Positions 20,801 through 28,720 of a stretch of DNA of 64,000 nucleotides are shown here, piece after piece. A program made the position numbers and the translations under genes. This DNA is from Candidatus Cloacimonadales bacterium (lineage in GTDB: Bacteria; Cloacimonadota; Cloacimonadia; Cloacimonadales; JAIOQZ01). Under the pieces are notes generated by a model. That model saw nothing but the letters and a program-made list of their open reading frames with translations, ran no database searches and had not been told where the DNA came from. The stretch lies in NCBI GenBank assembly GCA_963674825.1, contig OY771587.1, positions 2,432,001 to 2,496,000 of the forward strand, given 5' to 3'. How positions within the stretch are numbered: the stretch's first letter is position 1; the number at the start of each line of letters is the position of its first letter.

Positions 20801-21254
20801 CGATTTCGTCATACTCTATGGCGAATCACCGGATGCTGAACAGCAGAAAGCGCTCGAAGGCAGCGGATTCACCGTGTCGGTACACACGCATCACGTCTAT
20901 GATGCCGACCTCATCCTGCCGCAAGCTTCCTACCTGGAAACCGAAGGCTCCGTGTTCGCGGACGATCATCGTCTGAACTACTTCTACAATCCGAAGGACT
21001 CGAGTCTGTTCGACGAGATGGTGGAACTGTTCGCAGATCTCTTGATCATCCCGGAAGCACACGGCGAGAAGAGCTACTGGCTTGGTCGTACCCGCTACGT
21101 GCAGGAAACCGAACCTCAGATTCCGATCGAGGCGAAGGAACTGCATGAGTGGCTTGCGAACCTCACCGATCTCTCAACTTGCCCGATGCAGGTCAACACA
21201 GGTAAGCTGTCGCGCATCATGAAGCTGAAAAAAGAAACCGAGCAGGAAAGATAG
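17850..21254 (+). CDS. Fused [2Fe-2S] + GltD/NfnB-like FAD/NADP(H) + NuoG-like Fe-S and degenerate molybdopterin-fold protein (StnC/NfnA-like transhydrogenase large subunit)
   Basis: IPTLCH...CWVC...TAC; HYADCEAPCSVACP; GRVCPAFCESEC; GAGPSG; GGGNTAVD...YRRTR; CVNCGRCIRTC; CESCGKCVAVCP; CGNCGVGC...LCFKG. No H-cluster motifs. Confidence 0.85.
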   Translation: MIKIKLNNREIITEAGKTILEVAQENGIKIPTLCHDPELQPYGSCWVCAVEVKGARGFVTACGTRVSDGMEVQTDTKEVHAARKMALELLVSDHYADCEAPCSVACPDHVDIQTYVAHIANGDYHEAVRVIKEKLPMPLSIGRVCPAFCESECRRKIVDEPIAIRQLKRHAADFDLDDYWTYVPEKMPETGNKVAIVGAGPSGLTCGYYLSNEGHDVTVFEASPKAGGWLRYGIPEYRLPKAILDKEIELMCANGMEIKYNVKIGEEITMQQLCTEYDAVYLALGAQNAVPMRVTGADLNGVLLGVDFLKDFVLGKEINVGKKVAIIGGGNTAVDCARTSRRLGADVTIVYRRTRKEMPAEEYEVDAADEEGIKFYMLTNPVEFLGEDGQLKKVKFEKMELGEPDSSGRRRPVPTGEYFEEEFDTVIAAISQAPDVDFFAKEENYVDGRQMPLTRWQTAEVDENTMYLGYGNVFAGGDFRRGPATAIEAIADGRIAFEQIDRYLMGLEIEADKPKFDSKKEKKLADVSPEEYEQYEKKPRAKMPELEAEVRATNFEEVETGFVDEDARAEAERCLECGCQVNSSCVLRQYCTDYEVDVDLFAGSKNKHPIDHSHPFILRDANKCVNCGRCIRTCSEIQGAGVLGYIFRGFSSLVAPEFGESLTYTTCESCGKCVAVCPVGALTERQVNYKLHPHPGEKFIQSCGNCGVGCTIEVNTQVDRVAFIQTPEEEGFNGRNLCFKGRFGWQVFEDDEKLTEPLLRKDGKYEPISWIDAMEVLRENLEKAENRSIYISADTTNEEMLLMQEVAMNIEAEIGSMSLIPDFTDDIVMYHRYRKSFTEMDDAEAIVIVGEVSHTLRTLARTQQRKGKKLILINNSDADFNNFADAHIKGEDFDKALDGLCQNNCCCDDCHCGGSDKIELDLPNRTLFFYDRTELGEDVIHKIWTVATATCSFGKGSGVIPTSKWMNLNGLIRLGFQPMPAIQADFVILYGESPDAEQQKALEGSGFTVSVHTHHVYDADLILPQASYLETEGSVFADDHRLNYFYNPKDSSLFDEMVELFADLLIIPEAHGEKSYWLGRTRYVQETEPQIPIEAKELHEWLANLTDLSTCPMQVNTGKLSRIMKLKKETEQER

Positions 21255-21276
21255 CTATCGGACTGCTTAGATAATC

Positions 21277-21312
21277 AAAAACGGCTGAGTTCATTCTCAG
21301 CCGTTTTTGTTT
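21277..21312 (+). terminator. Rho-independent terminator of the stn-like operon
   Basis: AAAACGGCTGAG-TTCATT-CTCAGCCGTTTTTGTTT. Confidence 0.88.
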
Positions 21313-21344
21313 GAATCATGTCACTGTGTTTGCCCTTCTCTCAT

Positions 21345-21682
21345 GGAACGCAGACGTCCCCGTCCGCATGCTTTTTCATCATTATCTGCTATTCCCATGA
21401 AATCATCTTCTGAATGTGTCGAACGGCGTGAGACTCTTCCGAATGTTGATTTCAGGCGCTGAATGGTTGATTGAGAGATAGAGATGCCAAGCTGGGCTTG
21501 GCGCTCCGTAGAGAAACAGAGATGCAGACGCTTAAAGTCTCCAGGTTGTATTCAAAAACATACAGGATCTCTGCGTTCCCAAGGGCTGTAGGGGTAATCC
21601 ACTGTGATTGCCCTTTTCTGATGCAGGTCTGGAGCAATAGCTACCCAGGCTGTAGGGAAATTACAGTGGATTGTCGCTACAG
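21345..21682. repeat. Cluster of REP-like palindromes between convergent genes
   Basis: GGAAC-GCAGACG-TCCC-CGTCCGC (21345-21367); GCCAAGC-TGG-GCTTGGC (21486-21502); two inverted GTAG-initiated units CTGTAGGGGTAATCCACTGTGATTGCCCT (21586-21614) and its 24/29-identical reverse complement (21654-21682). Confidence 0.6.
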
Positions 21683-21686
21683 TAAA

Positions 21687-22031
21687 CTACGTAGTCAGCT
21701 CATCCCAAAGATCCATCGCTCTTCTGAGGTGCGGGATCACGATTGATCCACCGACAATCAAGGCAATGGTCATGGCTTCGTTGTATTCTTCGGAGGTGAT
21801 ACCGGCTTTGTGGCACTGGATGGTGTGGTATTTGATGCAATCGTCGCAGCGTAAGACAGTTGAAGCGACAAGTCCGAGAAGCTCCTTAGTCTTGGCTGGC
21901 AGCGCTCCCTCGCGATACGATTGGCCATCGAGGCTGAAGAAGCGCTTCAGCTCCTTACCGGCATACTTCATTGTGACTTCGTTGAGCCGGTCTCGTTCTG
22001 CGAGAAATTCTTCCATTTTACTTTTCATCAT
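21687..22031 (-). CDS. Carboxymuconolactone decarboxylase/AhpD-like protein
   Basis: GALPAKTKELLGLVASTVLRCDDCIKYH with a CxxC motif. Confidence 0.88.
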   Translation of the reverse strand: MMKSKMEEFLAERDRLNEVTMKYAGKELKRFFSLDGQSYREGALPAKTKELLGLVASTVLRCDDCIKYHTIQCHKAGITSEEYNEAMTIALIVGGSIVIPHLRRAMDLWDELTT

Positions 22032-22921
22032 GCCTCCTCTGGAAATGGTTCGATGTGTACCACCACGTCGGCGACGTCCGGGCCCTCTTTGAGCAGCTTC
22101 AGCTTAACTACCGTAGCAATTTCATGGCCGTCATAAACGCTCATATCGGCATCCACCTCGATGTGCATGTCAACATGCAACGTTTGACCGATCCGTCTGG
22201 TTCGAACCGCGTGTGCCGTTCTGACACCCTCCACGCTCAGCGCGATCTGAATGATGTCTGCGTGCTCTTTTTCACCGGCACCGGCATCAGTAAGCTCTTT
22301 AAGAGCTGGATAGGTGATATCCCAAGCCACCTTGATGATAAACGCTGCCACCACAATCGCGCCAACGTGGTCGAGAACGGCCAACCGAGGATCGATGACG
22401 GCAGCTCCGACCGCGAGAAAGGCCGGGATGGAGCTGAAGGCGTCAGAACGATGGTGCCACGCATTAGCGATGAGCGCGGGAGATTTCTGCTTCTGTCCGA
22501 TGCGGACGGTCACACGGTAGAGAATCTCCTTGCTGATTATGGATACACCTGCACCGATGAGCGCGATCCAGCGCGGGATATGCTCTTCGGCCGACTGAAT
22601 GCCTTTTATCGCGTCACGGGCCAATTCCACCGCTACAAGCGCCAGAACAACGCCGATGAATACCGTGATGAGCGTCTCGATACGACGATGGCCGTAGGGA
22701 TGGTCATCGTCTGGCGGTGCGGTCCAGAACTTTACGCCGAGGATCACCGCCAGATCGGTAGCTGTATCTGATACGCTATGAACCGCATCCGCGACAACAG
22801 CCTGGCTGTTTCCGAGGATACCGGTAGCGAATTTCAGGATGGATAGCAAGACGTTCACCACCAGCCCAGTCCAAGTTACCTTGCGTGTGATGGCAATCGC
22901 CTCTTGATTCGTGCCTTGCAT
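22028..22921 (-). CDS. Cation diffusion facilitator (FieF/MamM-like)
   Basis: ADAVHSVSD, HPYGHRRIE, NAWHHRSD and C-terminal ZT-dimer domain (VVVHIEP). Confidence 0.92.
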   Translation of the reverse strand: MQGTNQEAIAITRKVTWTGLVVNVLLSILKFATGILGNSQAVVADAVHSVSDTATDLAVILGVKFWTAPPDDDHPYGHRRIETLITVFIGVVLALVAVELARDAIKGIQSAEEHIPRWIALIGAGVSIISKEILYRVTVRIGQKQKSPALIANAWHHRSDAFSSIPAFLAVGAAVIDPRLAVLDHVGAIVVAAFIIKVAWDITYPALKELTDAGAGEKEHADIIQIALSVEGVRTAHAVRTRRIGQTLHVDMHIEVDADMSVYDGHEIATVVKLKLLKEGPDVADVVVHIEPFPEEA

Positions 22922-23222
22922 CGGATTTTCTCCTGCATCGTGTAATGGTCATACATTAATTTCCAGTCGCAGGTTGTCCAAGAAAAAGTGATTCTGTTTA
23001 TGTTCAATGTTGGTCAGCTTTGTGATAATCGTTGTCCTTGGACTCCACTAAGGATGATACGATTATTACTGGGTAGTCCAAGATAGCACGTTGATGGCTA
23101 GGCGAGGATCGATGGGATAATCTGTCCATGTTTTCATGATGACAAGCTGATATTCGGGTTTTTCTTGACATGCACAGCCAATTTTCCAGCATAAAGAAAA
23201 CTAAAGATTAATTGGAGAATGA

Positions 23223-24044
23223 ATGCTGCTCTACGATTTTCCAGATGCTTACGATCTTTTCTACGATGCCAGTTTCCAGACATCGACACGTGATTTTTAT
23301 AGTCGCTTCATGCTGAAGAAAAATATCCACGATGTGCTCGACTGTACTTGCGGTTCAGGTCAGATGACCATGCCGTTGGCGAAACTCGGATTCAATGTAA
23401 CTGCTTCCGATGTCAACCGTAACATGATGCGTAAGGCCAGGCTGAATTTTGTCCAGAATGATCTGATGGCAAACTTCGTCACCAGCGATATCCTTGAGCT
23501 TGAGACACGTGTAAAGCGCACCTTCGATTGTGTGATGAGCACCGGAAATTCCTTAGCGCATGTTAAAAACGATCAGCTCGAATCGGCGATTCGTCAGATG
23601 GACAGTGTACTCAAGCCGGGGGGAACTCTCTACATCGATTCCCGTAACTGGGATCTGATTCTGGAACGCCAGCAGAGATTCTACCTCTTCAATCCGCTAA
23701 TACGTGATCGTGGACGAGTCAATTTCGTGCAGGTATGGGACTACAATCCCGATGGCTCGATGGTGTTCAATTTCCTCCTCTTCGAAGAGATCGAGAACAA
23801 GATCGTCAGCAAACGGCAATTCTATACGCTATATTACCCCTTCAAGAGCGAGGACCTACGCTTGATTCTCGAGGCGATGGGCTATCACAGTATTAAATTC
23901 TTCAAACTGGGCGATCCGGGCAGCAATGATCTGTCACAAATCGACTGGTATGCCGTTACAGCAGAGAAACCTTTCCCAAGTGAAATTACCGACAAAAAGA
24001 CTGACAATAAAAAAGATAGAAAAGCCAAAGGAGGCAAACAATGA
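23223..24044 (+). CDS. Class I SAM-dependent methyltransferase
   Basis: VLDCTCGSG motif I, FDCVMSTGNSLAH, LKPGG; similar in style to glycine/sarcosine N-methyltransferases. Confidence 0.85.
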   Translation: MLLYDFPDAYDLFYDASFQTSTRDFYSRFMLKKNIHDVLDCTCGSGQMTMPLAKLGFNVTASDVNRNMMRKARLNFVQNDLMANFVTSDILELETRVKRTFDCVMSTGNSLAHVKNDQLESAIRQMDSVLKPGGTLYIDSRNWDLILERQQRFYLFNPLIRDRGRVNFVQVWDYNPDGSMVFNFLLFEEIENKIVSKRQFYTLYYPFKSEDLRLILEAMGYHSIKFFKLGDPGSNDLSQIDWYAVTAEKPFPSEITDKKTDNKKDRKAKGGKQ

Positions 24045-24649
24045 AGGCTTTCAAGATCGTTTTAACACTTATGGCAGTAGCAATAATCCTGGCTGCATGC
24101 GGCGGCCCGGCAAAGACCGTCGAACGCAAATCTGTGGATGAGGCAATCGACCTCAGCGGACGCTGGAACGACACTGATCTTCAGCTCACCGCAGAGCAGA
24201 TCGTTCGCGATGTACTTTCCCGTAACTGGCTTCCTGAATTCAAGACTGAAAACGACCGCAAGCCGGTTGTGATCGTCGGAAGCGTACGCAACAAGACATC
24301 CGAGCATCTGGATACCGTTCCGCTGGTGAACCATATCGAGTCCGAGCTGATCAACAGCGGTCAGGTCAAGTTCGTAGCGAACAAGCAGAAACGCGAAGAG
24401 ATTCGTGACGAGCGCATGGACCAGCAGACCCAGTCATCTGAAGAGAGCTCAAAGCGTCTTGCCGCCGAAACCGGCGCTGACTTCATGCTTCAGGGTGAGA
24501 TCACCTCAATCACGGACCAGGAAGGCGGTCAGAAGGTTGTTTATTATCAGGTTGCCATGGAGCTGATCAACATCGAAACCAACGAAATCAACTGGAAGGG
24601 TACGAAGCAGATCAAGAAGTTCGTTTCTCAGAAACGTTCGAAATTCTAA
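24041..24649 (+). CDS. lpoB: Penicillin-binding protein activator LpoB-family lipoprotein
   Basis: Lipobox ILAAC; DLSGRWNDTD, NKTSEHLD, GADFMLQGEI; ATGA overlap with the upstream gene. Confidence 0.8.
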   Translation: MKAFKIVLTLMAVAIILAACGGPAKTVERKSVDEAIDLSGRWNDTDLQLTAEQIVRDVLSRNWLPEFKTENDRKPVVIVGSVRNKTSEHLDTVPLVNHIESELINSGQVKFVANKQKREEIRDERMDQQTQSSEESSKRLAAETGADFMLQGEITSITDQEGGQKVVYYQVAMELINIETNEINWKGTKQIKKFVSQKRSKF

Positions 24650-24655
24650 GCGAGT

Positions 24656-26047
24656 GTGAGGATGAAACGTGGTTATCTGATCGCGCTTGTTTTTGCGATC
24701 GCATTGATGGTGGGTTGTGCCGCACCCAAAAAGGAACTTCGCGAGATCGAGGTAAAGCTGGAGAAGCGGCAGTTCGATGCGGCTTCGAAGCAGGTTGAAG
24801 AGATCAAGGACAAGGTCTATTCGAACAAGAATCGGGTCCTGTTCTATCTCGATGCGGGTGTTGTGCACCATTACGATCGCGACTGGGACAAGAGCAACAA
24901 CCGGCTGGAAGAGGCCGAACAGGCCATCGAAGACCTCTTTACCAAGAGTGTCAGTCGCGCTGCGGCTTCGTACATCCTGAACGATAATGTGATGGAGTAT
25001 GACGGCGAAGATTACGAGGACATCTACCTCAACGTATTCAAGTCACTCAACTATTTGGGTAAGAATGATTTCGACGGCGCGTTCGTGGAAATCCGGCGAA
25101 TCAACAACAAGCTGAATCTTCTGGAAGACAAATACAAAAAACTGGCCGACGAATACAACAAATCGAAGGACAGTAAGGCAAAAGTCGAAGTAGGACACAG
25201 CCAGTTCCACAACTCTGCATTGGGCCGGTGGCTTAGCATGCTCATCTATCGAACAGAAGGCGATATCGATAATGCACGCGTTGACATGGAAGGAATCAGG
25301 GATGCCTGGAAAACCCAGAGTCACATCTACAACTATACCATGCCACCACTGGAAGGTTATCTGGAAAAGACGGACAAGGCGCGAGTCGATATCATTGGAT
25401 TCATTGGCAAGAGCCCGGAGAAGAAGGCTCACACGCTTTATATCCATACTGAGCAGAACCTTATCGTGTTTGCTTCCACCGCCGAAGACAGTGACGGCAG
25501 GAAGATGATGACCAACCTGACGCCGATCCAATGGCCCGGTATCGAGAAAGGCTTGCACTTCAAGTTCGAGCTGCCGTTCTTCGAGCCGCGTGGTACTATT
25601 GTGCGAAGCGTTCGTGTGTTGATCGATGATCAACATGTGGGTGAACTGGAATTGCTGGAAGATATGGAAAAGGTAGCGATCGAGACCTATCAGGTCAAGA
25701 AGCCGCTGATCCTGATGAAGACCCTGACACGTACGATCGTGAAGGGACTTGTCGCGAACGAAGGTAAAAAGCAGATGGAGAAGGAAATCAAGGATCCGCT
25801 GCTTGCTTTCGGAGCACGTTTGGCGACCGATCTGGCCGTTGATGCCACGGAACAGGCGGACCTGCGATTGTCGCACTTCTTCCCGGCAAAGGCGATGGTC
25901 AACGAATTCGAAGTCGAGCCCGGTGAGCACAATGTAAAGCTGGAATATCGTGGATCAGGCAGAACGTTGCTCTACACGCACGACCTGGGTATGCGAAACT
26001 TCGAGCAGGGCAAGCTGAACCTTCTGGAATCGTATTATTTGAAGTAA
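24656..26047 (+). CDS. COG3014-type TPR-containing lipoprotein
   Basis: Lipobox LMVGC; YDGEDYEDIYLN...ADLR motifs; adjacent to LpoB-like and LPP20 genes. Confidence 0.7.
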   Translation: MRMKRGYLIALVFAIALMVGCAAPKKELREIEVKLEKRQFDAASKQVEEIKDKVYSNKNRVLFYLDAGVVHHYDRDWDKSNNRLEEAEQAIEDLFTKSVSRAAASYILNDNVMEYDGEDYEDIYLNVFKSLNYLGKNDFDGAFVEIRRINNKLNLLEDKYKKLADEYNKSKDSKAKVEVGHSQFHNSALGRWLSMLIYRTEGDIDNARVDMEGIRDAWKTQSHIYNYTMPPLEGYLEKTDKARVDIIGFIGKSPEKKAHTLYIHTEQNLIVFASTAEDSDGRKMMTNLTPIQWPGIEKGLHFKFELPFFEPRGTIVRSVRVLIDDQHVGELELLEDMEKVAIETYQVKKPLILMKTLTRTIVKGLVANEGKKQMEKEIKDPLLAFGARLATDLAVDATEQADLRLSHFFPAKAMVNEFEVEPGEHNVKLEYRGSGRTLLYTHDLGMRNFEQGKLNLLESYYLK

Positions 26048-26060
26048 CAAGGGAGAGCTT

Positions 26061-27071
26061 ATGCGTAAAACGATCCTGTGGCTGCTAATTTTGAGCTGTG
26101 TGCTGCTGGTCGCGAAAAAGACGGAAGAGCCCGAATGGCTGACCAACCCGAAGTCGCTGTACCCCGACACGATGTACCTTTCATCGTTGGGCGAAGGCGA
26201 CACCAGAGCTTCTGCAGAGAATGACGCCGCCGGCAATCTGTCGCGCGTGTTCGAAAGCAAGATCAAGGTTGATCAGACCTACCGGGAGCGATACAAAGAG
26301 CTTACGCGTGGCACCGCCACCGAGACCGAGGACATATCCGAACTGAACAAGAACATCGGCGTGCAATCACAGCAGACGCTTTACAACATTCAGTTTGGCG
26401 AATCGTACACCGACGGCAAGGGCCGTGTCCATGTAATCGCTTATCTGGACAGGCTGCGTACCGGCGAAATCTACAGCAGTAAGATCGAGCAAAACGCCAA
26501 CCAGGTCTCGTGGTATCTGGACAAGAAAAAGTCCAGCAACGATCCTCTGACCAAATACGCGCTACAAAATGCCGCGATCATCGTCGCTACCAACAATCAG
26601 GTGCTGCTGGAGCAGCTTCGAATCATTTCGCCAAACATGGCAGATTTTATCGACATGCCGTACGACCTTACCGAATTACAGGCTACGCTCAAAGAGATGG
26701 GCAAAAGCGTACGGGTTTCTGTAACGATCAAGGGTGATCAAGACATGAAGATCACCAATCTGCTTAAAGAGATGCTAAATGAAGCGGGATTCGGCCTGGC
26801 AGACGATGGTTACCTGAAGGTTACCGGCGATATCGGTTACGAGAAAGTCGATCTGGGTAAATCGGACGAGAAGTTCGTGCGTTGGGAGATCACGCTGGAC
26901 TTGGATACGCAAAAAGGTGATAACCTGATCCATTACTACGAAAAGGGTCGCGAAGGCCATATCTCCTATCCCGAAGCAATGGAACGCTCAGTACGTGAAA
27001 TCGAGAAGAAGCTCAGCAAGCAGTTCATCGGTAAGTTGAATGACTACATCGATGGCCTTGTGATGCAATAG
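26061..27071 (+). CDS. LPP20-domain exported protein
   Basis: Signal peptide then PEWL...YLSSLGEG...AENDAAGNLSRVF, an LPP20-like N-terminal pattern. Confidence 0.65.
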   Translation: MRKTILWLLILSCVLLVAKKTEEPEWLTNPKSLYPDTMYLSSLGEGDTRASAENDAAGNLSRVFESKIKVDQTYRERYKELTRGTATETEDISELNKNIGVQSQQTLYNIQFGESYTDGKGRVHVIAYLDRLRTGEIYSSKIEQNANQVSWYLDKKKSSNDPLTKYALQNAAIIVATNNQVLLEQLRIISPNMADFIDMPYDLTELQATLKEMGKSVRVSVTIKGDQDMKITNLLKEMLNEAGFGLADDGYLKVTGDIGYEKVDLGKSDEKFVRWEITLDLDTQKGDNLIHYYEKGREGHISYPEAMERSVREIEKKLSKQFIGKLNDYIDGLVMQ

Positions 27072-27099
27072 ACTGCATAGCAGCTACATATTACAATGA

Positions 27100-27126
27100 G
27101 AAGCGGATCGAAACGGTCCGCTTTTC
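27100..27126 (+). terminator. Rho-independent terminator
   Basis: AAGCGGATCG-AAA-CGGTCCGCTTTT. Confidence 0.75.
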
Positions 27127-27434
27127 ATCATCACTCATTCACCCCCCACGAAATCAACATTGGGAAGATAATTTCATGGGTTCGAAGTAAAAGAGAAAGG
27201 CAGACACGGAGGAATCCCCTACGGAAATGCCAGGAAATCACATATATACATTCGAACCAATCACAACCAGGAATATTGTGTAGTGAGGTAAATAATCCCC
27301 CAAACGGATATCCTTGTGATGGCTGAAAATGCATTCTATAAGCTAATTCCGCTTCATTTTCATCTGAAAAAATACTTTACACAATTCCGGCGCAAAATAA
27401 CTTCGCGCAAAACGCGTAAAGGAATGTAAGATAT

Positions 27435-28640
27435 ATGTTTACGGATATGAAGGCTGACTTGGCCGCAACGCTGGAAGAACTTAAAGGCAAAGGACTTTAC
27501 AAGAGCGAGCGCATCTTGTCGTCACCGCAATCGTCTGATATAAAATTACGAAATGGCAGTGAAGTGCTTAACTTCTGCGCCAACAACTACCTCGGGCTTT
27601 CGAATCATCCCGAAATCATCAAAGCTGCCCATGAGGCTCTTGATCGCTGGGGTTTCGGACTATCTTCTGTGCGCTTTATCTGTGGAACGCAGGAGATTCA
27701 TAAGGTGCTTGAGCAGAAAATCAGCCAGTTTCTGGGCATGGAAGACACCATCCTGTTCTCGTCGGCATTTGACGCCAACGGCGGTGTTTTCGAGCCGCTT
27801 CTTAGCGTCGATTCCGCCATCATTTCAGACGAGCTGAATCATGCTTCAATCATCGACGGTGTGCGGTTATGCAAAGCCCAACGCTTTCGCTATAAACACT
27901 CGAACATGGCTGAGCTGGAAGACTGCCTCAAGAAGGCGTCCGACGCGAAGTACAGGCTGATCACCACCGACGGCGTATTCTCCATGGACGGCGACATCGC
28001 CAAGTTGGACGAGATCTGCGATCTGGCGGATAAATACAACGCGCTGGTGATGGTGGACGATTCCCACGCTACCGGTTACATCGGCAAGACTGGTCGCGGC
28101 ACGCACGAGCACTGCAACGTGATGGATCGAGTTGATATCGTTACGACCACATTCGGCAAGGCCCTGGGCGGTGCATCCGGTGGATGTGTGTCCGGACGCA
28201 GAGAGATCGTCGATATTCTTCGGCAGCGTTCCAGACCATACCTTTTCTCAAATACGCTCGCTCCTACAATAGCAGGTGCAACAATCCGCGCGATCGATAT
28301 GCTTATTGAAAGCACCGAGCTTCGGGATAAAGTTGTAGCGAATGCCGAGTACTTCAGAAGCCTCATGAACCAAGCGGGATTCGACCTCGTAAAAGGTAGC
28401 ACCGCGATCGTTCCCGTAATGATCTACGACGAACCCATGGCGCTCAAGATGGCTGACATGCTGCTCGAACGCGGCATATACGTGATCGGGTTCGCATACC
28501 CCGTCGTACCGCTTGGCAAGGCCCGTATCAGGGTTCAGCTTTCCGCGGCACACACGCGCGAACAGATCGACATGGCTGTCAAATGTTTCATCGAAGTGGG
28601 GCAAGAACTCGAGTTGATCGATAAAAAAATCAGCGCGTAA
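27435..28640 (+). CDS. kbl: Glycine C-acetyltransferase (2-amino-3-ketobutyrate CoA ligase)
   Basis: [35 protein letters not shown] (PLP Lys), [22 protein letters not shown]. Confidence 0.96.
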   Translation: MFTDMKADLAATLEELKGKGLYKSERILSSPQSSDIKLRNGSEVLNFCANNYLGLSNHPEIIKAAHEALDRWGFGLSSVRFICGTQEIHKVLEQKISQFLGMEDTILFSSAFDANGGVFEPLLSVDSAIISDELNHASIIDGVRLCKAQRFRYKHSNMAELEDCLKKASDAKYRLITTDGVFSMDGDIAKLDEICDLADKYNALVMVDDSHATGYIGKTGRGTHEHCNVMDRVDIVTTTFGKALGGASGGCVSGRREIVDILRQRSRPYLFSNTLAPTIAGATIRAIDMLIESTELRDKVVANAEYFRSLMNQAGFDLVKGSTAIVPVMIYDEPMALKMADMLLERGIYVIGFAYPVVPLGKARIRVQLSAAHTREQIDMAVKCFIEVGQELELIDKKISA

Positions 28641-28720
28641 ACAACGAATAACTTTACAGATTCGTTTCGATCAGTTACTCTTGAAGCAGATTCATTGGCA
28701 TATGAACATCAGGAGGAACC

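Noticed and set aside
17850..21254. [FeFe]-hydrogenase HydA, formate dehydrogenase or glutamate synthase
   Set aside because: No H-cluster motifs (TSCCP, MPC, MACPGGC), no recognisable Mo/W-ligand Cys/Sec segment, and no gltB nearby.
27096..27334. Short ORFs between the LPP20 gene and kbl (also 23004-23192 and 21452-21746)
   Set aside because: No clear RBS or recognisable family, and some overlap terminators, promoters or repeats; treated as non-coding.
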